Shown here: piece after piece, positions 11,701 through 20,448 of the stretch
Numbering within the stretch: the first letter of the stretch is position 1
How the letters are laid out: each line of letters opens with the position of its first letter
NCBI GenBank assembly: GCA_000146465.1
Contig: CP001950.1
Reading direction: 5' to 3' (one strand)
Length of the DNA: 64,000 nt
The notes under the pieces: generated by a model
What the model saw: the letters and a program-made list of their open reading frames with translations, nothing else
Told to the model about the DNA's origin: nothing
Databases searched by the model: none
Program-made: the position numbers and the translations under genes

Positions 11701-12184
11701 AGACTAGTTCCCATTTGTTCTTGTAAGGTGTTGAAAGAGATGGAAATATTGAAGAAGAATCAAACATTCTGTTGCATGCTACCACTTCTCTATGCCTATC
11801 CTCCGGAGAAATAGGTCTGTAGAATTCCACCGAGTCGTTGTTTTCTCCAATCTCGTACAAGATCCGGACTGTAAATGTATTTTCCCTAACTTCCTCTGGC
11901 ACACGAACCTCAAATGTACCATCTACATTTATATTTTTCCACATATTTCTACTAAAAGATCTCTCACACTCGTCAATAGCATCTGTTGCATCTTTAATCG
12001 TATAGTTCACTGTCTTCAGCTTACTAGATGCAATAATGTCGACACTTAAAACGGCTAAATCTTTTGATTTGTACACAAGCACATCTTCCCCAGCCTCTCT
12101 TTGAATTGTTGTCTCGGAAAATCCTCTGTACACACACTTCCCCAGGTCTAGAAAGTACACATTCCTCTGCTGGATCACCTTCAT
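8780..12184 (-). CDS. Large (1134 aa) TAF2-like TFIID subunit (aminopeptidase-N-like N-terminal region plus helical repeats)
   Basis: Size and architecture fit TAF2, with a segment WIRADIKGEHLARIVIEQPDYMFIEQLLDKNVVGQMEALENL resembling the conserved TAF2 region. ATG confirmed. Assignment from memory only. Confidence 0.5.
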   Translation of the reverse strand: MKVIQQRNVYFLDLGKCVYRGFSETTIQREAGEDVLVYKSKDLAVLSVDIIASSKLKTVNYTIKDATDAIDECERSFSRNMWKNINVDGTFEVRVPEEVRENTFTVRILYEIGENNDSVEFYRPISPEDRHREVVACNRMFDSSSIFPSLSTPYKNKWELVYILPSSEEVKIISPGILKSIREEENVILYSYSVEMAHSGALNFCIGTFDSYEISTGDDRKAVCIPKGSEGYKDCIREFCCDVENLIRYSEYFLQREYPFKALSIAFVFGDADKVYGQNTAFLALSNLTSLNDIEPMFLLKRIVCDILSSQIFYFYFSIVEKIDFWIAEGMKGYFQDYCARHFLGNNEFLYELKKDRDYVLDRDVAEYALYDPRRTFFSMRDKFFKTKAKVFFHLLEGNLSRAFMEKILNYTIKRKGDVKEDYSFEFVKLVKDVTGKDLRFLFETYVFKPGVVKVRLGFTINKKSNRVDFTAEQTPTSIFSNGNKTICGPVTICSYEMEGIFEHVFMLDRENHFYYHPKTKKKKKSEEEEEVMPLLWIRADIKGEHLARIVIEQPDYMFIEQLLDKNVVGQMEALENLSIKPSVQVCEILERMLENTHIFYKIRVHILYILSRTTIGSYYGFQRLIQYFVKKYCVQTSTIVKPNDFSFIPYFIQKHLVRALSLADPFIFRNYSGREVGSASIISAFIINILKFNDNSFNSYSDGWYISSVIESLSFPLSSMSFPEFYSGEHMKSKNKEHTLHRPGKTEDDINDLFRAEGNSSKDFEKHGGLSLDDLSAGSDKGNMNSFDMNERYENRKSPYLSIDKEEGKRQDGDLSSVYKGGQSIRTESSENPDYLQLSVSEIERFRILDMVFPSHRNLVTKSCIYALGRLSLFGMMSLKKNALIQLSKHPNFCSVRVAALEVLLSLFYEDEEVVNSIFEMLLQGTFTIKCVAFDVMTALGSSPKFNFKKVLKGKRKEIFKLLRLNQGNAIVKEKIANLIYLIEDMELTRDEYHKAVVRIYERTLPNDLRKTINRLGREFMGDKRVTLRLNSIDTLKRKLLQAEYLIRIPFSRTKKILGGFLERKEHIPSNPKPEADPTKKSFYRKTPNRKGVDDLKKTRKWGTQDSPMDTSSVGSVIRIPNTCKIRLRHPEK

Positions 12185-12254
12185 TTTCAGGGCAAATTTT
12201 TGTTATACAACTTGAAATAGTGTCTCGAAGACCCCTTGGCTGTATATTTCAACG

Positions 12255-13835
12255 ATGAAAAAGATAAAGGTTGATTGCGGAAGCTTTGCTAATTCAAAAG
12301 TAGTAGAACAACTTTGGGAGATGATCAGTAGGGAGGACATATCTTTGCATCAAAAGTCCTCTATCTTTCTTGAAATGACGGAGTACAAAAAAATGAATGA
12401 AAAGCTTGTCAAGAGAAACAACGAGCTAATTGAAGAGAACGCATCCATGGTATCTATTCTGGAGGCGCAGAAGGAAAATCCAAATAACGCTTCATCCTTG
12501 GGAGAAGAAGCCAAATTCGATGCTGGCTTAAAAATTTCAGAGCTGAACTATGAAATAAGAAGGCTGGATTCCGTTATTTGCGAAATGCAGAAAAGAATAG
12601 CTAGAGACTTGCTTCAAAAAGAAACAAAGGATACACCGGAGCTTGAGAGGACTGAGGAGAAAAAGCATGTTGTTGCTGACAGCACCACGGTTACCAACGA
12701 AGTATACAAGAAAATTACCGAGGACTACGGAGATCTCAAAGCGAAAATGGCAGGGCTGGAGAGTAAGCATAATGAAGAACTATGTGAAAGAGATCAAAAA
12801 ATAGCTAAACTTCAAAGGGAACTGAAAGAAGTAATGTCGAATGCCAAAGACATGGGAGAAAGATTCACCATCTTAAACACAGAAAGTGGGAAGTGGAAAG
12901 AAGGCCTTCAAACGTTTATCGGGAAGGAGTTAGTATTAAACAATGAAATAAGTGGATGTGTGCCAAGGTTAGAAAAAATAGAGAAGGACATGGAGGAAAT
13001 TGCGGCAGGATTAGATGTTTGGATGAAGAAGATAGAGCAGTTGGATGCTGAAAAAAAAGAACTCTGGAAAATAACGGAAAATTATAAGAGTTATGAAAGA
13101 GTAAGGAATGGGAGTGGTACTTGTGATCAAGGATCTTTGGAGGACGAGATCATTAATCTGGTTGAGAGTCTGGACAAAAGTCTGGGTGAGAACAAAGCAT
13201 TAGTTCTAAGGCTCGAGGCAGCACACAAAAAGAACAGAGAATTAGAAAGCGAAATGATTTCCCTAAAGATGGCAAGCTCTGACCTGAGAAGCAGGAATGC
13301 AAAACTTGAATCAGACATAAAACATCTTGGAATGGAGAACAGATATACAACACAAGGGGACTTGGGAGATCATGGTTTGAAGATCCGGAAACTAGAGAGT
13401 TCTCTAGCCGAGTATAACAAAGTAGCTACTGATTACAAGAAAAGATTATATACTTTATCCAAAGAGAAGGAAGAGACCGAAAAGATACTAGAAAGCATTA
13501 AAAAACAAAATAGAGAAATGAGGGATGAGATGTCAAGGATTGCTAAGACAAACTCCCAAATCGAAGCAGAGAACAAAAGGCTAAGCGGAGTGTTGAGAGC
13601 AATTCAAAACGGAGGCTCTGAAGAAGATACAGATCTTGCTGTACAGCTGGAGAGGTACAGAGGCCTTCTTCGCTGTACCCTTTGTGACACACGCTTCAAG
13701 GATACAGCAATAACCAAATGTATGCATTGTTTCTGTGAAGAATGCATAAACTCCAGAATCAGGATGAGAGATCGAAAATGTCCCTCTTGCAATGAGCCCT
13801 TTGCACCTAATGACGTAAAGAAAATTTATCTGTAG
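12255..13835 (+). CDS. BRE1: Bre1-like E3 ubiquitin ligase (long coiled coil plus C-terminal C3HC4 RING)
   Basis: About 450 aa of heptad-rich coiled coil, followed by CTLCDTRFKDTAITKCMHCFCEECINSRIRMRDRKCPSCNEPF at the extreme C-terminus. This is the Bre1/RNF20 architecture. Confidence 0.65.
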   Translation: MKKIKVDCGSFANSKVVEQLWEMISREDISLHQKSSIFLEMTEYKKMNEKLVKRNNELIEENASMVSILEAQKENPNNASSLGEEAKFDAGLKISELNYEIRRLDSVICEMQKRIARDLLQKETKDTPELERTEEKKHVVADSTTVTNEVYKKITEDYGDLKAKMAGLESKHNEELCERDQKIAKLQRELKEVMSNAKDMGERFTILNTESGKWKEGLQTFIGKELVLNNEISGCVPRLEKIEKDMEEIAAGLDVWMKKIEQLDAEKKELWKITENYKSYERVRNGSGTCDQGSLEDEIINLVESLDKSLGENKALVLRLEAAHKKNRELESEMISLKMASSDLRSRNAKLESDIKHLGMENRYTTQGDLGDHGLKIRKLESSLAEYNKVATDYKKRLYTLSKEKEETEKILESIKKQNREMRDEMSRIAKTNSQIEAENKRLSGVLRAIQNGGSEEDTDLAVQLERYRGLLRCTLCDTRFKDTAITKCMHCFCEECINSRIRMRDRKCPSCNEPFAPNDVKKIYL

Positions 13836-14073
13836 AAACAATATTCCTTTTTATGAAATCCTTCTTCTTTTTACTGATTGTCTACACGGCTTCGGTGTTT
13901 TCTTTGCATTTATAAATCTTCAATGACCGGAAGAAGTTAAAATAAACAGGATCATATTTTAGAAGAACTCTAGATATGGAAAATGCTTTCCATAAAATAT
14001 GTTATTAGGCCAAATAAAAATTTCTTAGTTTATTCACTAGTTTCATTTTACAACTTTGTACTTCAAAACATAC

Positions 14074-14586
14074 TCAATGATTGGTTCTACCAATCGCCAC
14101 AATCGAAGATTTTGCTAGTCTCATGTCTTCCAACAATATTCGGAGTCTCTTGTAATGCTTTGTTTTTAGTACAATGTCTTCCTCACTCATCGAGATAATA
14201 GTCCCAACAAACTCATCTCCATTTATAGTGGCCTTGATTTTATCTCCTTTGGTAAACATGGAACCTTTTACATTGAGTGTATTATTTTCAACGAAGACAT
14301 CAAGATCTTCTCCCTCTAATATTCTTCGTAGGTCCTTGGCTATCTCGTCTCCAGTGATATAGAGTATTTCGTCTACATCCAGCGTTGTAGACCTCCTTCT
14401 TCTTTTGGTACCTTCTACCATGTTCTTTTGCTCTTCGGAAGAAATAAAATCCAGTTCATCTTCCAAATCATAGATCTTCCTTATGAAATCTTTGTACATT
14501 GCGCCCTGCCTCTTCTTTTGCTCTATACGTCTCCTTAGGCTGCTATACAGACTTCCTACATCTCCTGATGGAAAAGATAAACCCAT
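14074..14586 (-). CDS. Hypothetical protein (170 aa)
   Basis: ATG confirmed. Basic patch KRRRRSTTL. No family recognised. Confidence 0.4.
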   Translation of the reverse strand: MGLSFPSGDVGSLYSSLRRRIEQKKRQGAMYKDFIRKIYDLEDELDFISSEEQKNMVEGTKRRRRSTTLDVDEILYITGDEIAKDLRRILEGEDLDVFVENNTLNVKGSMFTKGDKIKATINGDEFVGTIISMSEEDIVLKTKHYKRLRILLEDMRLAKSSIVAIGRTNH

Positions 14587-14689
14587 TCTCTTTTGATTAG
14601 ATCAAGGGGTTTGCATTTAATTAAAAATGGTATGAATGAATATATTCATATTACATTTTATTTCTTATAACCAGAAAGCCCAAAAACCT

Positions 14690-15292
14690 TTACCTTTTAT
14701 CGAGAATCCTCTCTAACTCTTCCTTGGACTTGTAACAATGGCCTTTAAAAAAAGAAGTTATCTTGTTGAAAAACCCTTGGAAGTTAAACTCCATTTTACT
14801 TCTCACAAATCTTTCATAATAGCAAAAGTTAAGCAACAACTGGTTTCCGCTTGCTCCAAACTTGCGGTTTTCTGAGATGAAAATTTTACAGAACTCAGAA
14901 AGCAATTTTCTGTTGTAAATGGAAAACACCTCTTTTCCAAATTCATCATCGAAATTAAATGTTTCTTCTGCATCTCTTGTTATTTGTTTAATCCATTTTT
15001 CGGGTCTTCCGATAACCTTACGGTCGCTTGTATAGTCGTCATCCACCAAGTCGAGTATCAAGGCTCTTATTTGGAGTATCTTATGGTCTAGAACATCATT
15101 CATTATATTATCGGTTCCTTCCCCACCTACAGCACATAAATCGCTTAAAAGATCAAACTTAGATCGTTTGACCTCTCTTTCATCCAGAAGAATGCTTTTG
15201 GATTTCTCAATGTAGTACTTAATAAGCATCTCCTTGTCCTCACCTTCAAAGTCTCCTATTATCTTTTCTACCTTTTCCAAATAGCTACTCAT
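14690..15292 (-). CDS. Hypothetical protein (200 aa)
   Basis: ATG confirmed (ATG AGT AGC TAT). No family recognised. Confidence 0.4.
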   Translation of the reverse strand: MSSYLEKVEKIIGDFEGEDKEMLIKYYIEKSKSILLDEREVKRSKFDLLSDLCAVGGEGTDNIMNDVLDHKILQIRALILDLVDDDYTSDRKVIGRPEKWIKQITRDAEETFNFDDEFGKEVFSIYNRKLLSEFCKIFISENRKFGASGNQLLLNFCYYERFVRSKMEFNFQGFFNKITSFFKGHCYKSKEELERILDKR

Positions 15293-15470
15293 TTATTTGG
15301 GATTGAAATCACCCATCCTATTTCTCCCCAGTCTTAAGATCCTTTTCTCTCTCAAGGCTCCAAGGCTTTGTGTTTTGCTTACGACCCTAAAAGAAAAACA
15401 ACATTTCGAGAGACTTTCTAGGTGCTTGAGAATAGATCTGAGATTAAAAACAAAAATGTTACCACCCCCA

Positions 15471-16928
15471 ATGTCATGTAAGTGAAGATAAATATCAAAG
15501 CTAATTTTAGACAACCTTCTGCATATCGTTAAGCCTTTGGTGCCGTACATACCAGATGTCCAATCACCATCGAGAACAATCACCTTCCATGAAAGATTTA
15601 TCTGGACAACACTTGCAATTCTGATATATTTGATCTCATCCCAGGTTCCTTTGTTTGGAATAATCTCAAATGACGCTGCAGATCCCTTACAATGGATGAG
15701 AGCCATGATGGCATCCAACAGAGGGACACTTATGGATCTTGGAACAAGCCCTGTAGTTACATCCAGCCTTATAATGCAGTTCCTGACGATGTCCGAGATA
15801 CTAAAGGTTGACTGGTCTATCAAGGAAGACAAGAATCTTCACAATGCAACTCAAAGACTTATATCACTCATAATGACGGTTGGCCAAGCATTTGTACAGG
15901 TGTATACGGGCTTTTATGGCAGTCCAAAGAGTCTTGGTACAATATACTGCCTTCTTCTTGTTGTCCAGCTCATATTCTCGGGTATTATAATAATTCTCCT
16001 CGATGAGCTCCTTCAGAAGGGATATGGCCTTGGAAATGGAGTTAACCTGTTCATTGCAACCAATGTTTGCGAGAGCATTGTCTGGAAAGCATTTAGTCCA
16101 AAGGTACTTTTCACAGGTCGTGGAATAGAATTTGAAGGATCAGTAATTGCATTATTTCACCTTCTTGTGGTAAGAAAAAACAAATTTGCAGCAATATACG
16201 AGGCTTTCTTCAGACAAAACCTTCCGAATCTCTTTTCATTACTCTCAACTGTGTTTCTGTTTGCATTTGTTATATATCTCCAAGGAATGAGAGTAGAGCT
16301 TCCAACAGAATCTTCCCAGGTCAGAGGACATGTAGCCAAATTCCCTATCAAGTTGCTGTACACATCTACCATGCCGATAATTGCTCAAAACTATATAGTT
16401 GGACATATTTCATCTATTTCTTCCTTCCTTTACAAAAGATGGCCCCAGTATCTCTTTGTCCGCATACTTGGCGTTTGGAACACATCCAAGACTGGAAGGT
16501 ACACTCCAATAAGCGGTCTTAGTTATTATATTACATCTCCAGAGTCCCTTCTGGAGGGCCTAAAGGATCCGCTTCGATTTGTCATCTATCTTTCCATTAT
16601 GCTTCTGACATCGGCCATCCTTAGTACATCATGGCTCGAGTTAAACGAGCTATCCCCTGAAAAAGCCGCTCAGAAACTCAAGGAGTCTCGTATGAGGCTG
16701 AAGGGTGTAAGAGAAACAAACACAGTTCACGTGCTTTCCAGATACATTCCAACGGCTGCATTTCTTGGAGGGATTCTCACATCTATGGTTGTCATAATGT
16801 CTAATCTTTTTGACACCATCGGGAGCGGCACAAACATCTTCTTGGCCACGTCGATTGTAAATCAGTACCTTGAAATGTTTGCCAAAGAGTCAATCCAAAA
16901 GAACAGTGAAATAGGTTTTATCGAGTAA
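15471..16928 (+). CDS. SEC61: Sec61 alpha translocon subunit, two exons (exon1 15471..15477; intron 15478..15510; exon2 15511..16928)
   Basis: Track ORF 15537 starts with TTG GTG and there is no in-frame ATG back to a stop. With ATGTCAT|GTAAGT...CTAATTTTAG|ACAACC spliced, the N-terminus becomes MSYNLLHIVKPLVPYIPDVQSPSRTITFHERFIWT. This aligns without gaps to the canonical [35 protein letters not shown]. The rest of the protein is unmistakably Sec61 alpha. Confidence 0.8.
15478..15510 (+). other. 33-nt spliceosomal intron (GTAAGT ... CTAATTTTAG), phase 1, 7 nt after the start codon
   Basis: See the Sec61 entry. Same architecture as the RPL39 intron at 51027..51057. Confidence 0.7.
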
Positions 16929-16989
16929 AGTTATTTCTATGGCCCTACAAGCTTTTTTGGAACAATAAAAATTTACCTTCAATTCTTGA

Positions 16990-17985
16990 ATGATAGCAAT
17001 GGGATTAGAGGGAAGTGCCAACAAGTTAGGCATAGGGATAATGAAGGACAACGAAATACTGGCAAACGAAAGACTCACCTACGCTCCTCCTCCAGGAGAG
17101 GGGTTTATCCCTGCCAAGACTGCAGAGCACCATCGCTCCAAAATTCTGGGTCTTATTGCCATGTCATTGGAGAAGGCCGGAATTAATCTTAACGACATCG
17201 ATATATTTTGCTATACAAAAGGACCGGGAATGGGCCAGCCTCTAGCAGTGGTGGCAACGGTTGCTAGGACAATGAGCTTGTACTGCAACAAGCCTCTTGT
17301 TCCTGTAAATCATTGCATAGGCCACATAGAAATGGGTAGGTTTATAACAAAAGCAAAAAATCCGGTTATTCTCTATGTTAGCGGAGGAAATACTCAGATT
17401 ATAGCATACTACAACAAAAGATATAAAATCTTTGGAGAGACATTAGACATAGCCGTTGGAAACTGCATAGATCGGTTTGCTAGAGCCCTCAAGCTTCCGA
17501 ACTTTCCTGCACCGGGTCTTAGTGTGGAAAGGTATGCAAGACTTGGAAAAAACTACATAGAGCTTCCTTATGTTGTGAAAGGAATGGATGTTTCGTTTTC
17601 GGGAATTCTATCGAATATAAAGAGTAAAATTGTGGACGATGAGCAGTTGAAGTACGATCTGTGTTATTCGCTTCAAGAAACAGTTTTCTCTGCACTGGTT
17701 GAGGTCACTGAAAGAGCAATGGCCTTTAGCAACTCCAAAGAAGTTTTAATAGTCGGAGGCGTTGGATGCAATCTGAGGCTTCAAGAAATGATGAACATAA
17801 TGGCAAGAGAACGTGGTGGAACTTGTTATGCAACCGACGAGAGATTTTGCATAGACAATGGGCTAATGATTGCCCATGCAGGAATGCTTATGGCCAAGAG
17901 CGGAGCTTCCTTCAGCCTAGATGAATGCTTCGTTACACAGAGATATAGGACTGACTCCATAGATGTAGTTTGGAGAGATGATTAA
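16990..17985 (+). CDS. KAE1: tRNA N6-adenosine threonylcarbamoyltransferase Kae1/OSGEP
   Basis: [17 protein letters not shown] ... HCIGHIEMG ... characteristic of Kae1/Gcp. ATG confirmed. Confidence 0.9.
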   Translation: MIAMGLEGSANKLGIGIMKDNEILANERLTYAPPPGEGFIPAKTAEHHRSKILGLIAMSLEKAGINLNDIDIFCYTKGPGMGQPLAVVATVARTMSLYCNKPLVPVNHCIGHIEMGRFITKAKNPVILYVSGGNTQIIAYYNKRYKIFGETLDIAVGNCIDRFARALKLPNFPAPGLSVERYARLGKNYIELPYVVKGMDVSFSGILSNIKSKIVDDEQLKYDLCYSLQETVFSALVEVTERAMAFSNSKEVLIVGGVGCNLRLQEMMNIMARERGGTCYATDERFCIDNGLMIAHAGMLMAKSGASFSLDECFVTQRYRTDSIDVVWRDD

Positions 17986-18015
17986 AACAAATCAGTTTAC
18001 AATACAATAAAAGTT

Positions 18016-20406
18016 TTATAGTCTTGGTTTCCTTATCTTCCTGGGTAGCTCCACAGTTTCTTCTTTGTCTTCCTCAGGCTCAGTCCATTTTTCAAATCTA
18101 TCGTAGAGACTGCCCCCTAAAGAAATCTCCTTCTTATCTAGGATCCTGGCTCTTGAACTAAGGCTTCCAAGCAAATCGTACTCGAGGTTTTCTTCCCCGT
18201 ACACCTCACACCCCAAGCTCTTGTAGGCAGGATACTTCTGGGCTCCAAGTATCTCATTCCTATCTCTATAGTAGTCTCCTGCCTCTTCTAGAATCACTTG
18301 CGGGCTTATATCTGAACAACAATACATGTACTCTGCTCTTGTGCTAAGATGCTTATAAAACAAAACATATTGGCAGGGATTATCTTTAAGTGCACTAGAC
18401 GGATGGATTGCACATTTACGGAAGTTGCTTAAGGAAACATATCCCTTATTACTTCTTTTGGCTATGTTATAGTATATTGAAGATACAATACACCTTTGGA
18501 TTTGCTCTAGAGATCTTGCGCGGGATATTTCTATTCCTCTTCCTTTCAAGGTCATTAATACTGCCTTTTTGATTTCCATGGCCTTTTTTAGTGCATCCCC
18601 ATTAACTTTCACCTTGTTACACCATTCATTTCTATTTTTACTCGAAATGAATTCGTTAAATATGTTCAGAAGAGTTATGAAGTCACAACTCTGATGGTAT
18701 AGAGACGACGATTTATCGAAGTCTTTATCAAAAAGTCCATAAATACTGAGCATTCCAACTATGCTTGTTATTTCATCAACAACACCATAGTTTATGGAGT
18801 TTATAACCATCCGAGCAAGAGGAGGCTCTAGCTTTAATTCACTCATTTCTTCTCCACTTTTAGTGAGGAGGCCCTTCTGGCAAACCGCTCCTAAGCGATA
18901 AAGAAGAAATAAGGCATTATGAATCAACTCCCTTGAGAGACTATCAAGAAAATCAAATCCAAATATATCTTGAACACCATGCTTTAAGAGTAGAAGAATG
19001 ACATCGTGTATGTTTGTTCTCTGTATTTCTGGCACTGAAGAAGGGAGAAGATCATTCTCATAAGTACTTGCTGTATACATTCTGTAGCATACACCTGGCC
19101 TTGTTCTTCCTGCACGCCCTGCTCTTTGGTCTGCCCCTGCCCTGCTTACCGGAATCTTCACCAACGACTCTCCCGTATCATAATTGTAGATACTTATCTT
19201 TTGCAACCCTGTGTCTACAACATATCCAATGTTTGGGATGGTTAAGGATGTCTCGGCTATATTTGTAGAAACAATGCATCTTCTTACATTTCTTTCTCTC
19301 AGAAACACTTGACTCTGTGCCTCCTCCGAAAGTTGGCTGTAAAATGGGAGAGCCTTAAGATCCATTTCCCTTCCGTCCTCTTTTTCTTTACTCAAACGCT
19401 TATTCTGGGCATAGTGATTCACTATTCCCACAACACCTTCGACATCCTCTTTTCCCGTCATAAAAACTAGAATATCTCCTTCATCGCAATTCTCATGGAT
19501 ATAAAGGATCTTCTTAACCGCCCATTCGACATAGTCATCGACATTCACGCTCAAATATCGAATCTCAACAGGGAAACTTCTACCTTCGATATTGAAGACT
19601 GAACATCCAAAGTAATTGGAAAACTTCTGGGCTTCGATTGTGGCACTCATTATTACAAGCTTCAAATCTTTCCTTTCCTTCAAAACACATTTCAGTAGTC
19701 CCATGGATATATCCAGGTTTGTGCTTCTTTCATGTGCTTCGTCCAGTATCACTACAGAGTATTTCTTAAGTAGTTTGTCCCCTAGCAGCTCTTGAAGAAG
19801 AATTCCTTCGGTCATATATCTTATCTTAGTGTTCCGCGTCACTGTATTGTCAAATCTGATCGAATATCCTACAAGAGATCCCATGTCACTTCCCAGAGTG
19901 GATGCTAAATTCATTGCTGCAGCCCTTCTCGGCTGTGTGCATCCTATAATTCCCTTTTCTCCATATCCCTCTTGATAAAGATACTTGGGCACCAACGTGC
20001 TCTTCCCAGATCCTGTTTCTCCAACCAAAACCGTCACTTGATGTTCCCTTATGAATTTCATCAAATCGCTTCTAAAACTTTCGATAGGAAGCTTCTTTGG
20101 AATCTCTTGGGAGATTTCTTCACCTATCAATGGAATCGTATTGCTCCGAGGGTGCATATTCAAAAACACGCTTTCTCGCTTTGCCACTTTACCTATCTCC
20201 GTATCTGGCTTCTCTACTTCGACTCTATTCTTCAAAGTACTGTCAAGTATTTTTCTTCCCAGAAACTCATCTATGCTCTCTTTATATACCAGATCCGGAG
20301 CTAGATGATTGTCCTCATCAGAGTATGTCTCCTCCACACTCAGTCCGGCGGCTTTCATCTTCCTCATTTCCCATCTCTTGGTATCCCGATATTTACTGTA
20401 TCCCAT
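18016..20406 (-). CDS. DEAH-box ATP-dependent RNA helicase (Prp2/Prp16/Prp22/Prp43 family)
   Basis: Helicase motifs GETGSGKST, CTQPRRAAA, LDEAHER(S), MSATIEA, FMTGKEDV, STNIAETSLTIPNIGYVVDTG, plus a C-terminal HA2/OB region. Track start 20427 is GTG; the first ATG (MGYSKYRDTK) is at about 20406. Confidence 0.85.
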   Translation of the reverse strand: MGYSKYRDTKRWEMRKMKAAGLSVEETYSDEDNHLAPDLVYKESIDEFLGRKILDSTLKNRVEVEKPDTEIGKVAKRESVFLNMHPRSNTIPLIGEEISQEIPKKLPIESFRSDLMKFIREHQVTVLVGETGSGKSTLVPKYLYQEGYGEKGIIGCTQPRRAAAMNLASTLGSDMGSLVGYSIRFDNTVTRNTKIRYMTEGILLQELLGDKLLKKYSVVILDEAHERSTNLDISMGLLKCVLKERKDLKLVIMSATIEAQKFSNYFGCSVFNIEGRSFPVEIRYLSVNVDDYVEWAVKKILYIHENCDEGDILVFMTGKEDVEGVVGIVNHYAQNKRLSKEKEDGREMDLKALPFYSQLSEEAQSQVFLRERNVRRCIVSTNIAETSLTIPNIGYVVDTGLQKISIYNYDTGESLVKIPVSRAGADQRAGRAGRTRPGVCYRMYTASTYENDLLPSSVPEIQRTNIHDVILLLLKHGVQDIFGFDFLDSLSRELIHNALFLLYRLGAVCQKGLLTKSGEEMSELKLEPPLARMVINSINYGVVDEITSIVGMLSIYGLFDKDFDKSSSLYHQSCDFITLLNIFNEFISSKNRNEWCNKVKVNGDALKKAMEIKKAVLMTLKGRGIEISRARSLEQIQRCIVSSIYYNIAKRSNKGYVSLSNFRKCAIHPSSALKDNPCQYVLFYKHLSTRAEYMYCCSDISPQVILEEAGDYYRDRNEILGAQKYPAYKSLGCEVYGEENLEYDLLGSLSSRARILDKKEISLGGSLYDRFEKWTEPEEDKEETVELPRKIRKPRL

Positions 20407-20448
20407 AGACTTGGGTATGAAAATCACAATCTAAAAGACCATACATAT

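Noticed and set aside
15293-15832. Track ORF (-, 179 aa) abutting the upstream gene's ATG and overlapping Sec61
   Set aside because: Its first codon is TTG. Its first in-frame ATGs (about 15709 and about 15550) still overlap the Sec61 exon 1, intron and exon 2. No domain was recognised. It is most likely the antisense of the Sec61 5' region plus promoter; at best it is a very short gene.
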